Of a DNA stretch of 64,000 bases, positions 1-13,249 are shown piece by piece; the first letter of the stretch is position 1, and every line of letters begins with the position of its first letter. Below the pieces are notes generated by a model. It was given only the letters and a program-made list of their open reading frames with translations, was not told where the DNA came from and did not search any database. The stretch is taken from contig OX597825.1 of NCBI GenBank assembly GCA_951406725.2, forward strand, positions 82,646,001 to 82,710,000, in the 5' to 3' direction. This DNA comes from Octopus vulgaris (Eukaryota). Made by a program: the position numbers and the translations under genes.

Positions 1-214
1 TAAACATATAAATGTGAAACAAGGTGGAAAAAAGAGTACTCAAATACCAGTGGTAGAGTAATATGCTTTATTTAAAGCAGCAGAAAATTCAACAAAACCT
101 GTTACTCTGAGTTTCACGTTCCCGTTCGTCGGACAGTTTTTGCTATGTCCGACGAACGGGAACGTGAAACTCAGAGTAACAGGTTTTGTTGAATTTTCTG
201 CTGCTTTAAATAAA

Positions 215-215
<1 letters not shown>
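1..215. mobile_element. Penelope pLTR-like element, head-to-head inverted pair (70-bp perfect arms 66-135/146-215)
   Basis: Perfect inverted repeat with a 10-nt loop; each arm has a hammerhead-like motif; followed by (TA)n; same family recurs at 38330-38527. Confidence 0.75.
99..136 (-). ncRNA. minimal hammerhead ribozyme motif (U4C core variant)
   Basis: Minus strand reads CUGU-CCGACGA-ACG(GGAA)CGU-GAAA-CUC-A-GAG-UA-ACAG: stem I CUGU/ACAG, stem II ACG/CGU, near-palindromic stem III, GUA triplet; mirror copy on + at 146-181. Confidence 0.65.
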
Positions 216-249
<34 letters not shown>

Positions 250-479
250 CATCGTTGATAGTATGTTAAACTGTCGTATGTCCAAATTTGGCCAAATGCG
301 TTTCGTTCAATATTTATTTTTGCTTCTAATAATCAGTACTTTTGCTCAAACTATCCGTATCTCCCACTACTTCAGATGCCAAGATATCAAAAATTACCAA
401 AGTGTAGTATAATGGTTCTGCTATGGAAAATATGGTAAAACGATTTTCTCGTTCTCGGAAAAAGTAACTCGTAGTTTCA

Positions 480-590
<111 letters not shown>

Positions 591-619
591 ATACATATAC
601 ATATACTCACATTATTGTT

Positions 620-1600
620 CCTGTCCATTGACGAGATATAAGATATCCGCGTTTCTAACGGGACTGCTCTCTTTGAGTCCTCGAATCATATGCGAACTAC
701 TTCGGCCAAAAGCTACCCATCTTCCAGCACCCATTTTGCACGATTTTTCCCTCTCCATTCTTTGACCTGAACGGGAATGAACATTCTGATAGCTGATTTG
801 GTGAGAGTGATGAAGATTGTGTCACGAATATGCGATCATAAAGGAACTGGAGAGACGGATGCAACACTTTATCCACCGCTACAACCAAAGGGAGAGCATT
901 AAAGTGTACAAAGGAGCCAGGATTGCAAAGCCATCATAGAGAGTTATGCTAACGGTATCTGCCCGCTGTACAGGACTAAATCTTGGAACATCACGGAAAG
1001 GACCAGTGATAAGACAGATACGGTCATAATTTGCAATGAAAACCAAAAAATACCAGAACGTCATGTTCGTTGATGCTACCCTTGCTGGCGAACTAGCACA
1101 TCTTTTTAGAAAAAAAAACATTAAGGCTGATCTACGAATCAAAGTAGTAGAGAGGCCTGTTGCCCCTTTAAATTCCTAGCTCTGCAATACCTATTCCTTT
1201 GATAGGAACAATTGTGTTGTACGTAGGATGAACCCACAAGTTAACTGTAAGGTTAAGAACGTTGTGTAAAGTCTACGATGTACTGAGGGACGGTGCAGAA
1301 ACCGCCTACCGAGGAGAGACTACACGCAGCATAGGAGAGCGTAGAGGTGGACATTAGCCAGAGGCCAACGAAGGGAGAAGCGCGTCAGTGCTCTACCAAC
1401 ATACTCTGGAAGAACATGGAGGCTTGACTAATAGCATAGAGGTTAAAGCACTATCAACACGTAGAACTGACACGACACTTGGGCAGATTCCAGAAGCTAT
1501 ACACATAACAGTAGAGAGAGACCGACTGTCAATAGAAAACATGAATGGAAAAGCAATACACATCGCCACCACACCACATGCCTAGAGACAGTAGTGATGT
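620..1600 (+). pseudogene. Penelope-like retroelement ORF 3' remnant (RT thumb/linker + GIY-YIG endonuclease)
   Basis: Frameshifted peptides NILIADLVRVMKIVS, HRYNQRESIKVYKGA, GICPLYRTKSW, VMFVDATLAGELA..IKVVER, NCKVKNVV*, AYRGETTRSIGER, SVLYQHTLEEH..GQIPEAIHI..NRKHEW. Confidence 0.85.
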
Positions 1601-1933
1601 GAAGAGAGAGGGAAAGAAAAGAGAGAAAAGATCCGTAAATTATACACAGAAACTTATAGGGTAATACACACACAATAGACATGTATGCAATTACCTGTGA
1701 TACCTATTAGAAATAGAGACAGATGTATAAAAAAGTACATATAAAAATATATAAATAGATAAATATTTTAATAAAACTATATAAAGGGTATGGATACATA
1801 CGAAGAGAACCCGTACACACCCACACAAGCACACACACATGAAACTTCTTGGAAGGCCATAACGATGTCGACAAAATACCTGTGTATATACATATATATA
1901 TATATATATAAGACCAAAAGGGTACGGGCGTCG

Positions 1934-1974
<41 letters not shown>

Positions 1975-1975
<1 letters not shown>

Positions 1976-2352
1976 TAGCAGTATCGCCCGGCGTTGCTCA
2001 GGTTTGTAAGGAAATAACTATAAAGCATTTTTAGAGAGTTATAGCCAAAAAATAGCAAAAAATGGAAAAAAAATGATGGTAAATTTTTTTTTTGAGAGTT
2101 AAAAAAGGTGGAGTTGCGTCCCCTAGACGGTCTGTGGTTTGGGTTTCTGATTCTCGACCCCATGTCGAATTTATCGATTTTTTCAGAACTGGGGGAACTT
2201 TTCAAAATTTTCGCTGCGTTAGTTTTGAATTATGACATTGGGCTATGTGTTTGTCAAGTTTCATCAGAATCGGTTGAAAGCCGTGGTCAGAGTGAGGGTA
2301 CGAGAAAACAGACACACAGAAAACGCACAGACAAACTGCCGTTTATATATAG

Positions 2353-2357
<5 letters not shown>
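1975..2357 (-). mobile_element. non-autonomous Helitron, body type 1
   Basis: Minus strand starts TC and ends GAGCAACGCCGGGCGATACTGCTAG (subterminal hairpin + CTAG), inserted at A^T within (TA)n. Confidence 0.75.
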
Positions 2358-2397
<40 letters not shown>

Positions 2398-2900
2398 GAT
2401 TGATAGATAGAGAGAGAGAAATATAGTGAAATGTATAGACAGATAGATAGATAGATGTATTTGCGTATGTATGCGTTCGTGCGTATATATGCGCGTTTAT
2501 CTGTGTGCACAGTTGTAATATATTAAGAAGCTGGAGCTACTGGCATATTTATAGGTACGAAAAGAACACCCACAGATTTTCTAATCAATGTAAACAGTAA
2601 TAACCACTGACAAACATAAATCTAACGATATGAAAAGAACGGCGATAGAATTTCACGCACACATGTTCCTTGTACGTACTTACACACGCACCTAGTACGC
2701 ATGCATACGCACACACACGTACAATACATACACACAAACAGACTCACAGACACACACACACACACACACACAAATACATTTGCTTACGCATACTAAAGCA
2801 CTAAAACTAGTACAGCCCTATCAAAAAAAAATATATATACATTTATCTGTCTACATATATACATACATACATACGTACATACATACATACGCACACACAC

Positions 2901-2931
<31 letters not shown>

Positions 2932-2974
2932 CATACATATATATATATACATATATATACACATACTTATACAT

Positions 2975-3005
<31 letters not shown>

Positions 3006-3021
3006 CATTTATATACACATA

Positions 3022-3081
<60 letters not shown>

Positions 3082-3823
3082 TACATATATATATATATAT
3101 TTATATGTAAGTATATATACGTTCTTGTTTATGCTTCTGTACCTGTGTCTCATTTCTTCGGTGTGTTTATGTCAACCATCTCTGTGTACATTTGGCTCTA
3201 CGTACCTGTACAAAATTACTTTGCATTCTATCTGATGTTGTTAGTAGACGTAATACTAAACAGGTTTCGAAAGCCCAGTCATGTGTGAAGCATCATTGTA
3301 CGTTTACCAGAACGTTTTCACCCGTTTCTAAACGTTGCGTGGGAGAAGTTTCTTTGATTATGCAACAAGTCTCACGGAATGACACGATTCAGACCAGTAG
3401 TTCTGAATATACTGGAATATTTCAATGGACAAAATATAATATGATCGATAAACTGTATATAATATATGATATATAATCTAATCGATAAATACTACTACAA
3501 AACTGTCCTAAGTTCAGATACAAATATAAGCTATGGAATGTTCCATTCGGATTATACAGATTAACATGATCGCTTGGAAACCCTATATCCGGCTACTTCA
3601 AAGATATTAATTTTCTCACTCTCGTATATAAATGCTTCGGTTATTTAAGTAAGTTCACATTTATATTTACAACCAATATATATTAACCAACAATTATACA
3701 TACTTGAATATATATATAGATATGTACGTGTATACAACTATACATAGCATACATTTGGATGTATGCATGCACACACATATATATGTGTATTAAATATAAG
3801 TTTCATGTATATATACACACATA

Positions 3824-3873
<50 letters not shown>

Positions 3874-3959
3874 CACATGTATATATGTATATATACACAC
3901 ATGTATATATATATATATATATATATACACATGTATATATATATATACATGTATATATT

Positions 3960-4046
<87 letters not shown>

Positions 4047-4420
4047 GTGTGCTTGTGTAGGTGTATTTCTGTGTATACATACAGAGTTACGACCATATTC
4101 AAATTTAATTACGTTATCGACGAATGATATATCAGCACATATGTGTTGTAATTCATAATATTACACATATTTATAGGACAGCGAGCAAAATAGCCGACAG
4201 TATATAATATGGAAATAATGATATATAATATAAAACAAAAATAGAACGCTCGTCTGATTCTAACGCTTATAAACAACCATACACATAAATAACGCTACCA
4301 TGGATGATAATAAGAATAGCAGCCGATACACTATGTCTGTATGTCTGGGTTTGTGTGTGAGTTTCTCTGTGTGGGTGTGTGTGGGTGTGTGTGCACGTAG
4401 CTAAAGAGAACGACAGGTAT

Positions 4421-4482
<62 letters not shown>

Positions 4483-4484
<2 letters not shown>

Positions 4485-4762
4485 TTCGTTTTAGGATTTG
4501 GTTTGCAAGATTCTTTATGTGAGTTCGTGTGTTGAAGCATATTTTGTGCCTGGGTAGGGGCATTCTCCTTTGGTGCCTTATAATTTAACACATTCATCGG
4601 TAAAATTTCCACTTATTTCTTTCTTATTTGTTTTATTAAAATTTTCGCTGCGTCTTTCAACCTTTTCAGAAAAAATCAAATAAGCAAACGAGTGGAAACT
4701 GAACCGGTGAGTGTGTTAAATAATAAGGCACTAGAAGAGAATGACTCTCCCCAGACACAACA
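4483..4762. mobile_element. pLTR-like element with partial inverted arm and hammerhead-like motif
   Basis: Arms ~4544-4630 and ~4677-4760 are imperfectly inverted; minus-strand CUGAAAA-G-GUUG..CAGC-GAAA at 4638-4672; same family at 17002-17190. Confidence 0.6.
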
Positions 4763-4867
<105 letters not shown>

Positions 4868-5033
4868 TTGATAGATAGATAGATAGACAGATAAATAGAT
4901 AGATAGATAGATAGATAGATATCTTAAGAGTAGGTTTATGGACTTCATAACGCAACCATTGTTTTTCCCATGTTATCTCTTGTATGTGCCTAAGTATATA
5001 CACATGTGTCTGTGTGGTGTATATATATATCTA

Positions 5034-5104
<71 letters not shown>

Positions 5105-5422
5105 ATATATATATATATACATACAAACATACATACGATGATAGTCCCTGTTAGTATATATGTGTACAGTTATGATTTGACCTACAGCATAAGAGTAATT
5201 TAGCTCTTATTTCTACCAATGTAGGTATTTCTAACACTGTAATCGTATTTAGTGACAATTATAGTCTTCTTCTTTGGTAAAACATTGCACATTGCCGTCC
5301 ATATTAATTTACTCTATACGCATTAGCGATTCACTAAACCAGCCATTGATTTTTTAATGGTGGAAGCATATATACTGATAGAGAATTCCGTGTAGAATCT
5401 GTCGAAGTCGAGGCAGACCGAG

Positions 5423-5459
5423 CTGATGAGGCCACGGAAATTGCCGAAAATGACCGGTC
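5423..5459 (+). ncRNA. hammerhead core remnant
   Basis: CUGAUGA-GGC(CACGGAAAUU)GCC-GAAA-AUGACCGGUC; homologous to the arms of the 11537-11848 foldback; stem I not recoverable. Confidence 0.45.
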
Positions 5460-6609
5460 GGTGTTTTGAAATAATCCTCAAAATACAATAGCTATTCACA
5501 GCATTTGTTAATTAATATCATCAAGAATTGTCGCTAATAATGAGAATTATTCTCCCAAATGTTTATTGAGTTAAATAATCTGTCACTGTAAATTAATAGT
5601 TACTTCATTACACCATCATCTTCAGATGTAACTTCTATTATTTTATCCTGTATTGGGTCCAAAGAAAGAGAGAAATGCCGACCATTTTAATAGCTCCATG
5701 GATACCAAAGCCAACGTCTAAGATTCGTGGGCGAATGGGATAATTTATACTCTAATTGAATATCTTAACTGACAGATTTCGACAGAATATTCTCTTGCAA
5801 AATATAATAAATTTCTTTCCAGGTACAGTTTTGAAAACCAAACGATAAACGCGTAATTTATATAAATTGCCAGAATTGCAACTTATTGTACAGATGTACA
5901 TTCTATGAAATATGTAACTTGCTTAAGAAATTACGTAGATTCCTATCATATGCATCAGAAGCATTATTAGACTACAATAGTCATCTACATATCATACGTA
6001 TTGCAGATACATCGCAAAATTTAGTATTCCCCGGGAGATAATATCCCTTATCATGTAGTTATAACGTGAGTCTATCTGACGGAGCAGAACTGGAATCGAA
6101 CGCTATGGCTACTCGATTAGTATCACCGTTATTAAGCATCTAAAGCTACATAAATAAATAAGCCTCTCACCTCTCAAATAGAAAGTGTTATACAGTGGGT
6201 AATTCTTTTCTATTTCTAGCTTTTTAAGCAACCATGTTGAAGCTTCCGTGTTTATTTCGTAAGCCTGCGTGTACTATCGTCTCTCAACGTAGCATATTTC
6301 ATCTTCTTGTAGGCATTGCTTGAAATATGAACCGCATTCTCTGGTTAGATTATTCAAATGAAGACTATACAACGATGACTTTCATGGATGTATTAATGGT
6401 CATAATATTCTTAAAATCTTAATGGTCATCTCAAAATGACGCCTACTGTTATATGCGTTAGTGTTTAGTTATACTCTATTAACACATCTTACGACCCAAA
6501 CGAGGATTTTGGGCCCGTAATCAAGCTTACATCTATGTTTAGAGTTTAAAAAGCTCTGAATGAGAACTTGATTATTTAGAGTGGTTATAGAATCACTATG
6601 ACGGGGAGC

Positions 6610-6810
6610 CCTTAATCCTTAGCATGCCAGACAAAATGCTTAGAACCATACTTTCCGACTTCCGGCTTCACCTTCTGTGTTCATTTCCCACTGCATTTGA
6701 CTTTGTCATCCCTCCGGGTTCGATATATGAGTCCCGGTCGAGCACTAGGGCTGATGTAACTGATGTCTTCCTTCCTTTAAAACTTTAGGCCCTGTGCCTT
6801 GAGCAGAAAC
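6610..6810 (+). mobile_element. degenerate SINE family A
   Basis: Weak match to ttagcatgccagacaaaatgcttag...gactttgtcatccctccgggttcgat. Confidence 0.5.
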
Positions 6811-8178
6811 GTTAATCGTGGAATCCACGTGACAGAATGGTTTTCCTCCATTGTCTATTAAACAGTATTTGCATAATGCAGGCGATTATATTAAATTAGT
6901 TTTGCCTTTGATATCTGCCAATTTATTAATGTGCAGTGTACAATACTCGAAGATATATTCACGAAACATACACATGAGCTTCTGATCCGCGATACTTATC
7001 ACGACCACTATTTACGACTGCATATAATGGATTATATAAGAATTATGTAAAATAAACGTTCCGCGTACAATCACTATTTTACGTGTATAATTAAGTTAGG
7101 AAATGTATAATTCGATTCTATTAATGACTCTCGGTTTCTAAAGGCCGGTTTCTATATTATTCTCAAATATTAGCTGTTGGAATGGAAAACCATTTTATTT
7201 GTGTAAAACGTAGCTGATATCAAGATTGTAATACAATTTTCAATTGAAATAAATTGTATTTATGCAACACTTTGCATGAAATACTGCCGGGGGAAAATTA
7301 TATTTATTGTTTCCTAGAATATGCATATAATATGCAATAACTAACATCTTGCAGAAGAGTAAGGCGATTACACTACATTAATTTTCACTCTAGTCACCCA
7401 GCAATGCACGCGGCCAGTACAAAGTTCTTTCTGCAAAAAGATTAAATGAAACCAATTAGCCTTTGATTAATATGGAGTAGATGAATGTGCGTTTTAGATT
7501 TTTACTGGAGGCATGAGCACATTACAACAAGAGAAAAAATACATTGTATGATCTTATTCACTGAATAATTAATACTATTTAACTTTCAAAATGAAATCAA
7601 ACATTCGGGTAGATCGTGTTAGAAACTTGTAAATGATTTGTTTTAAAAAAAATTGAAAAAAAAAATATTTGTTTTAACGTTAATTCTATTCATAACGTAT
7701 TGAAGCATCGCAGTATTGGTTTCACAATGTAATTCCATTGAACGATGAGAATAATTATCACTTAAATGTCTCTCCTTACCATCAACTTACTCATACATTT
7801 GAAACATGGTAATTTCATAGTTTTAAAATATATAACACAAGCGGTAATTAAAATATCTTCGGCTGATTTATTTTCCAGCCGTGATATTAATACCGCGCAA
7901 ATTCTCGATTAAACCATATTTTCCGTATTTAGTTTCAAACATACCTATTTAGAAGAAAGATTAATGGATTTTCGATTAAATAATAGCCATTAAATAACGC
8001 AAACGTTGCAAGATCAGTAGTATCAAGTTCGAAATTATAATACCAAAGAAGATAGATAGACTAAGCAATTCATTACATGACAATAACACGTTTCCATCTT
8101 ACACACACACACACACACAAACATGCGTATATATATATATGTGTGTGTGTTTATGTGTATATATATATTTATATATAT

Positions 8179-8219
<41 letters not shown>

Positions 8220-8266
8220 ATGTGTGTGTGAATGCATGCACATACGTATATATATATATATATATA

Positions 8267-8310
<44 letters not shown>

Positions 8311-8559
8311 TGTATGCATATGTGGGTTTGGTGTATTTTGATCATTGTATACCAAGGAAATATATTATTACAAAGCGCTAATTTATTACGCACTATAGAG
8401 GGCGCAATACACTTTGCATACTTTGATGAGCGTATTTTCTTAAACCTCAACAGATAAACAGTTTACTAATGTATATAGTTAACTACGGTGGAATGTATCC
8501 GAGACTGCAAATAACACTCAATCAATTATGTAATTTATTTTACAGAAATTATCCTAATT

Positions 8560-9130
8560 AGACGGATGTTTTCGTAAGGATTAATTGAAAGAAAAAATCT
8601 GTTTACATTGGGCAACATATTGGCAGAGGTATGGGAAATAAAGGCAACAGGTTGCTTAAATGATATTGGAAAAACAGGTAAGTTAATGAAAGGTGATAAG
8701 ACGAAACGTGTGAATTGTTGAGACTTGTCAGGAGGGTAGATTCATTACAAACTGACTGAGAAAGTCACAACACATCTATCCAAAAATTGATGTTAATTCT
8801 GGAAAGAAAGAAACACCTTGGTCCTTGTTTCCTGCTTCTGACACAAACAAGAAAAGTTTTCGGATCCGCGGAAATTACGAAAAGCTTCTTATGAACTCTA
8901 TGTTTATTTCATGAATGTTTTTTTTTTTTTGGTGAAGTAAAATATTGAGACCTGTGGTATAGGTAACAAAAGATTGGATGGGCTTAAAAGGGGCACGCAA
9001 ACAATAACTACAGTTGAAGTGGCAAAAGAAATCAATCTCTGAATCAATTGATGTTACTCTGGGAGCGAGGCAGTGTTGTGTACTGGTACCAGCGTTCTTC
9101 ACATTTTATGTCTTTTTCAGGCTCGCTTCA
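8560..9130 (+). pseudogene. RTE-clade LINE reverse transcriptase remnant
   Basis: KGDKTKRVNC* and SESIDVTLGARQCCVLVPAFF resemble RT motifs KGD...NYRGI and GVKQGCVLAP. Confidence 0.55.
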
Positions 9131-9197
9131 TGCTTCCCCCTAAACATTTCCCCAGGCATAGAACTGATTCTGCGAGCACATCACCTTAATTAGAGCC

Positions 9198-10500
9198 ATG
9201 TTACTATGTTGAGAGTTCTTATTCTTCAGTCGGATGTATAAGTAAGAATCACTGTCCACCTAACAACAGTAGCGACGAGGAAAACCAAATTTACGCGGAG
9301 CGAAAAAAAAAACCATTCACACGGTGAGTTTAAAGTAAATCACGTGGAAAACTAAATAACTCGTCAAAAAAGAAAGAAAAATCTAGAGCAAGCTTACGAA
9401 AATTGTTGAATATGGAAGACTTGTTAGCTGGTATAGTTGAGTTACAAAAACACCAAAACAATCAAGGAGCAACGAGAATAGCCACCCGAGGATGGCTGCA
9501 CCAAATGTTACAACTAATGAAGTTGATAACCAAACCAGAGGATACATTTTCACCTCACCATGTAGCAAACTCCATTGGCGAATTCAAATCTAAGAGCTCA
9601 CTGTTTAATACTAGAGGAAAATGTTTAAACATAAGAAAGAGCGAAGATGAAGAATTCACTACTTACATAAGCAAAGTCACGAAAGATTGTGAGAGATTTA
9701 GGCTGGATATACATACTCCAGGTTGGAAAGCCTGAATATAATTAACCATGTAGAGTGGGTAGTACTGGCGGTCTACGTAAAAAAAAGAAAGAAAAATATA
9801 ATAAGCTAAGACTATGCGCAGATAACTCAACCAGATTAAAAGACTTTACTTACATACAATTACCCACTAGCAAGACTAGAAGAATTATTTGCTACTTTAA
9901 ACGGATGGAAAATTTTCTCGAAATTAGATCTCATAGAGGCATGTCTTCAAATTCAGTGGGAGGAAAACTGTGCGTATCTAATAACAATCAACTCGTACTG
10001 TAGACTGTACAAGTCCAAATGTTTGCCGTTTTGCAGTAAAAGTGGCACCCGCTATAGTACAACAAATAATCGATGGCATGTTAAATGATTTCAACATCGC
10101 CATCGCATACTTTGACTTCTTTTTAAAGAGCTAGTCTCGGGTGAACCACATCGAACACATGAGGAAAGAATAAGTGAATACGGGCGAAAACTGACAGAAG
10201 GAAAATGGGAAATTTTTATGGAAAAAATAAAATACTGAAAAAAAGTTCAGAATGGGTTCTCTATTTTGATCTTCGATGCGAAAAATACATTCCTGGGGAT
10301 AAAATAGACAAAATATAGAAGGAGTGGTATAGTTCATTAGATGACACTATTACATGACAAGTTCTTTATTTTATGTTGATCTGCTGCAAAAATGAAAAAT
10401 AATATTGACAACATCAATATGTTTAGACCTCAAAACTCAAAGGTTTGAATACAATTTTCAACCATTTCCCGGTCGGGCATATATGCATACCTGCCATAAC
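9198..10500 (+). mobile_element. Ty3/Gypsy (Mag-like) LTR retrotransposon remnant
   Basis: PBS-like ACA-GTAGCGACGAGG at 9266-9280; gag-like EDTFSPHHVANSIGEF..SLFNTRGKCLNI..DCERFRL; RT-like KLRLCADNSTRL, FSKLDL, KVAPAIVQQIIDGML..IAYFD. Confidence 0.8.
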
Positions 10501-10709
10501 ATGGAACACATATGATAGAGATGTTCGGTAAAGTGCAATCGTTATATTAAGGTGAAGGTTAAGATAACATGATGTAATAGTAAACTGGCGGATTGATTGT
10601 TTCGTATGAAACCCAGAATAATATAGAGTTCAATACTAGTTTGTAATATATGTTATGGAACTATCCGTCTTTTCAAACAGCATCCTTATATCTACACACA
10701 CACATGTAA

Positions 10710-10784
<75 letters not shown>

Positions 10785-10837
10785 CTTATTTTGCTCTCGC
10801 GTCTCATGTTTGATCTTTGACTTCTGGCCGAAATCAG

Positions 10838-11045
10838 ATCGCCATGTTGATTCGTTAGCTACTGCACGCATTTTTTTCTCTCCTTCTTTCTGTGTTTTTT
10901 TCTCTCTGTGTATCTTTCTGTTGAAGAGCGTAGGCTCGAAACGTTAAAGACTTGTTTTATTTATATTTCCTGAGCGCCATACTAATACAATTGTTTGTTT
11001 GTTTTCCACCTGCCTTCGTCTTTTGTCTATTTTCATAAAGCTTCC

Positions 11046-11048
<3 letters not shown>
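10838..11048 (+). mobile_element. pLTR-like short element with hammerhead motif at 10913-10950
   Basis: UCUUU-CUGUUGA-A-GAGC(GUAG)GCUC-GAAACGUU-AAAGA; 3' end abuts (TA)n; close copy at 15176-15387. Confidence 0.7.
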
Positions 11049-11094
<46 letters not shown>

Positions 11095-11196
11095 TGTATA
11101 TATATATATATATATACATATATATGTATATATGTATATATATATATATGTATATATGTATATATATGTATATATATGTATATATATGTATATATG

Positions 11197-11228
<32 letters not shown>

Positions 11229-11319
11229 CATATGTATTTATGCATGTATGTATATATATATATATATGCATATATGTATATGTATATGCATGTATGCATG
11301 CATGCATGTGTGCGTGTGT

Positions 11320-11471
<152 letters not shown>

Positions 11472-11536
11472 CCAATGTCTATATACCTTTTTATGTAAAT
11501 ATGGAAGTGCATGGCTTAATGGTTAGGATTTTGAGG

Positions 11537-11848
11537 CACCAACATTGCTAGAAATGGGTGCTAAAATGCTCAAATGCTGTTACAAAGCACATAACATATA
11601 CTCTGAAAGAGGCTGCAATCGACTCGAGCACCGAACGGGGAATTCCGTTGAGTGGTCAGTTTCGGCTATTTCCGTAGTCATCTTCAGTAAGGCCAGCTCG
11701 TACGAGCTGGTTTTATTGAAGATGGCTACGGATATAGACGAAACTGGCCGGTCAATCAAAGGAAATCTCGGTTTGGTGTTCGGGGCGATTGGAGCTCGTA
11801 CCAGTGTATATTGGAACATTTTAGAACCTATTTCTAGCAATCCAGGTG
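11537..11848. mobile_element. ~310-bp foldback element with a hammerhead motif on each arm
   Basis: Ends CACC..ATTGCTAGAAAT / ATTTCTAGCAAT..GGTG; perfect centre CCAGCTCGT|ACGAGCTGG at 11701/11702; arms carry (C/U)UGAAGA-U-GRCUA..UAGMC-GAAACUG. Confidence 0.7.
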
Positions 11849-11908
11849 TTCTTCACACCCTTATTAAAGTTTAGTTGACAACTATAATTTTCCTTTACGG
11901 TATAACGT

Positions 11909-12316
11909 AGCTGGCAGAATCGTTAGCAGGCCGGGCGAAATGCTTAGCGGTATTTCGTCTGCCACTACGTTCTGAGTTCAAATTCCGCCGAGGTCGACTT
12001 TGCCTTTCATCCTTTCGAGGTCGATTAAATAAGTACCAGTTACGCACCGGGGTCGATGTAATCGACTTAATACCTATGTCTGTCTTTGTTTGTCTCCTCT
12101 ATGTTTAGCCCCTTGTGGGTAATAAAGAAATAGGTATTTCGTCTGCCACTACGTTCTGAGTTCAAATTCCGCCGAGGTCGACTTTGCCTTTCATCATTTC
12201 GAGGTCGATTAAATAAGTACCAGTTACGCACTGGGGTCGATATAATCGATTTAATCCGTTTGTCTGTCCTTGTTTATCCTCTCTGTGTTTTGCCCCTTGT
12301 GGGTAGTAAAGAAATA
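11909..12316 (+). mobile_element. tRNA-derived SINE family A (Nin/Deu-like core) with two tandem 184-bp units
   Basis: A-box-like AGCTGGCAGAATCGTTAG, B-box-like GAGTTCAAATTCC, core GCCTTTCATCCTTTCG.GGTCGAT.AA.TAAGTACCAG; units 11949-12132 and 12133-12316; TSD-like ggtataacgt/ggtttaacgt. Confidence 0.85.
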
Positions 12317-12611
12317 GGTTTAACGTTACAAAATGCTGACATGTACACACACGCACTCTCACATACACACATATATATGTATGCGTGTGTTTGTATATGT
12401 GTATAGATAGATAGATAGACACGTTATTTCCTCCGCAACTAATTGAAAAAACCCGTAAGATTATGTAGTATTGTAACTCGTCACAATTTGTTTGCTATCT
12501 AATAGCGAAATATCAGATGCATTGGAGGAAAATTCTGGAATGTAATTGGAATTGTATATTAAACTAACACAGACAACGACACACACACACATACAAACAC
12601 ATGCACACAAG

Positions 12612-12674
<63 letters not shown>

Positions 12675-13249
12675 ACTCACCAACAGACATATATAATACG
12701 GGGTCGAATATCATTAATTTAATAAAATAGTATTTTGAGACTCAATATTTTATTGTTTTTTTAGATTCAGCTTTCAAGATAATCCGTAATCATTTATGGA
12801 GTGATAATAACGGAATTCATCGTCCGTAGGCATAGCATTTTAATTTGTGATTAATATAATGCGAGAAAGTTCGAGGGAACCTTACAGATGAAAATACATG
12901 ACCTAAATCCAATAAAGGATACAATTTAGAAACACTGTTTAATCATGTTTTTCGAAGCTACGAGGTTATGGAATATAAACGTGTTAGCTTGGGGCGAGAA
13001 TATTTCATATCTCACTATCGATTCCTGTTTGACGCCAAATCAATTACGTGCGAAAATACTTCTACAAAATATTTCTTTTTTTTTTTCATTTTGATTTTCA
13101 ATCTAGTGGAAAGATGGCGCTTTATTAAGGAAACGATCAGTGAAGCCGATGTTATTTACATTACTATTGTTTCAAAAACCTGATTAAAATATGACAGACG
13201 CATAGTAATATCTCAGTGGCACAATGTATCAAGGAATCATGATGGAACC

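Noticed and set aside
11949-12316. Direct repeats that could be mistaken for a CRISPR array or LTR pair
   Set aside because: Eukaryotic SINE units with no spacers, no cas genes and no internal domain
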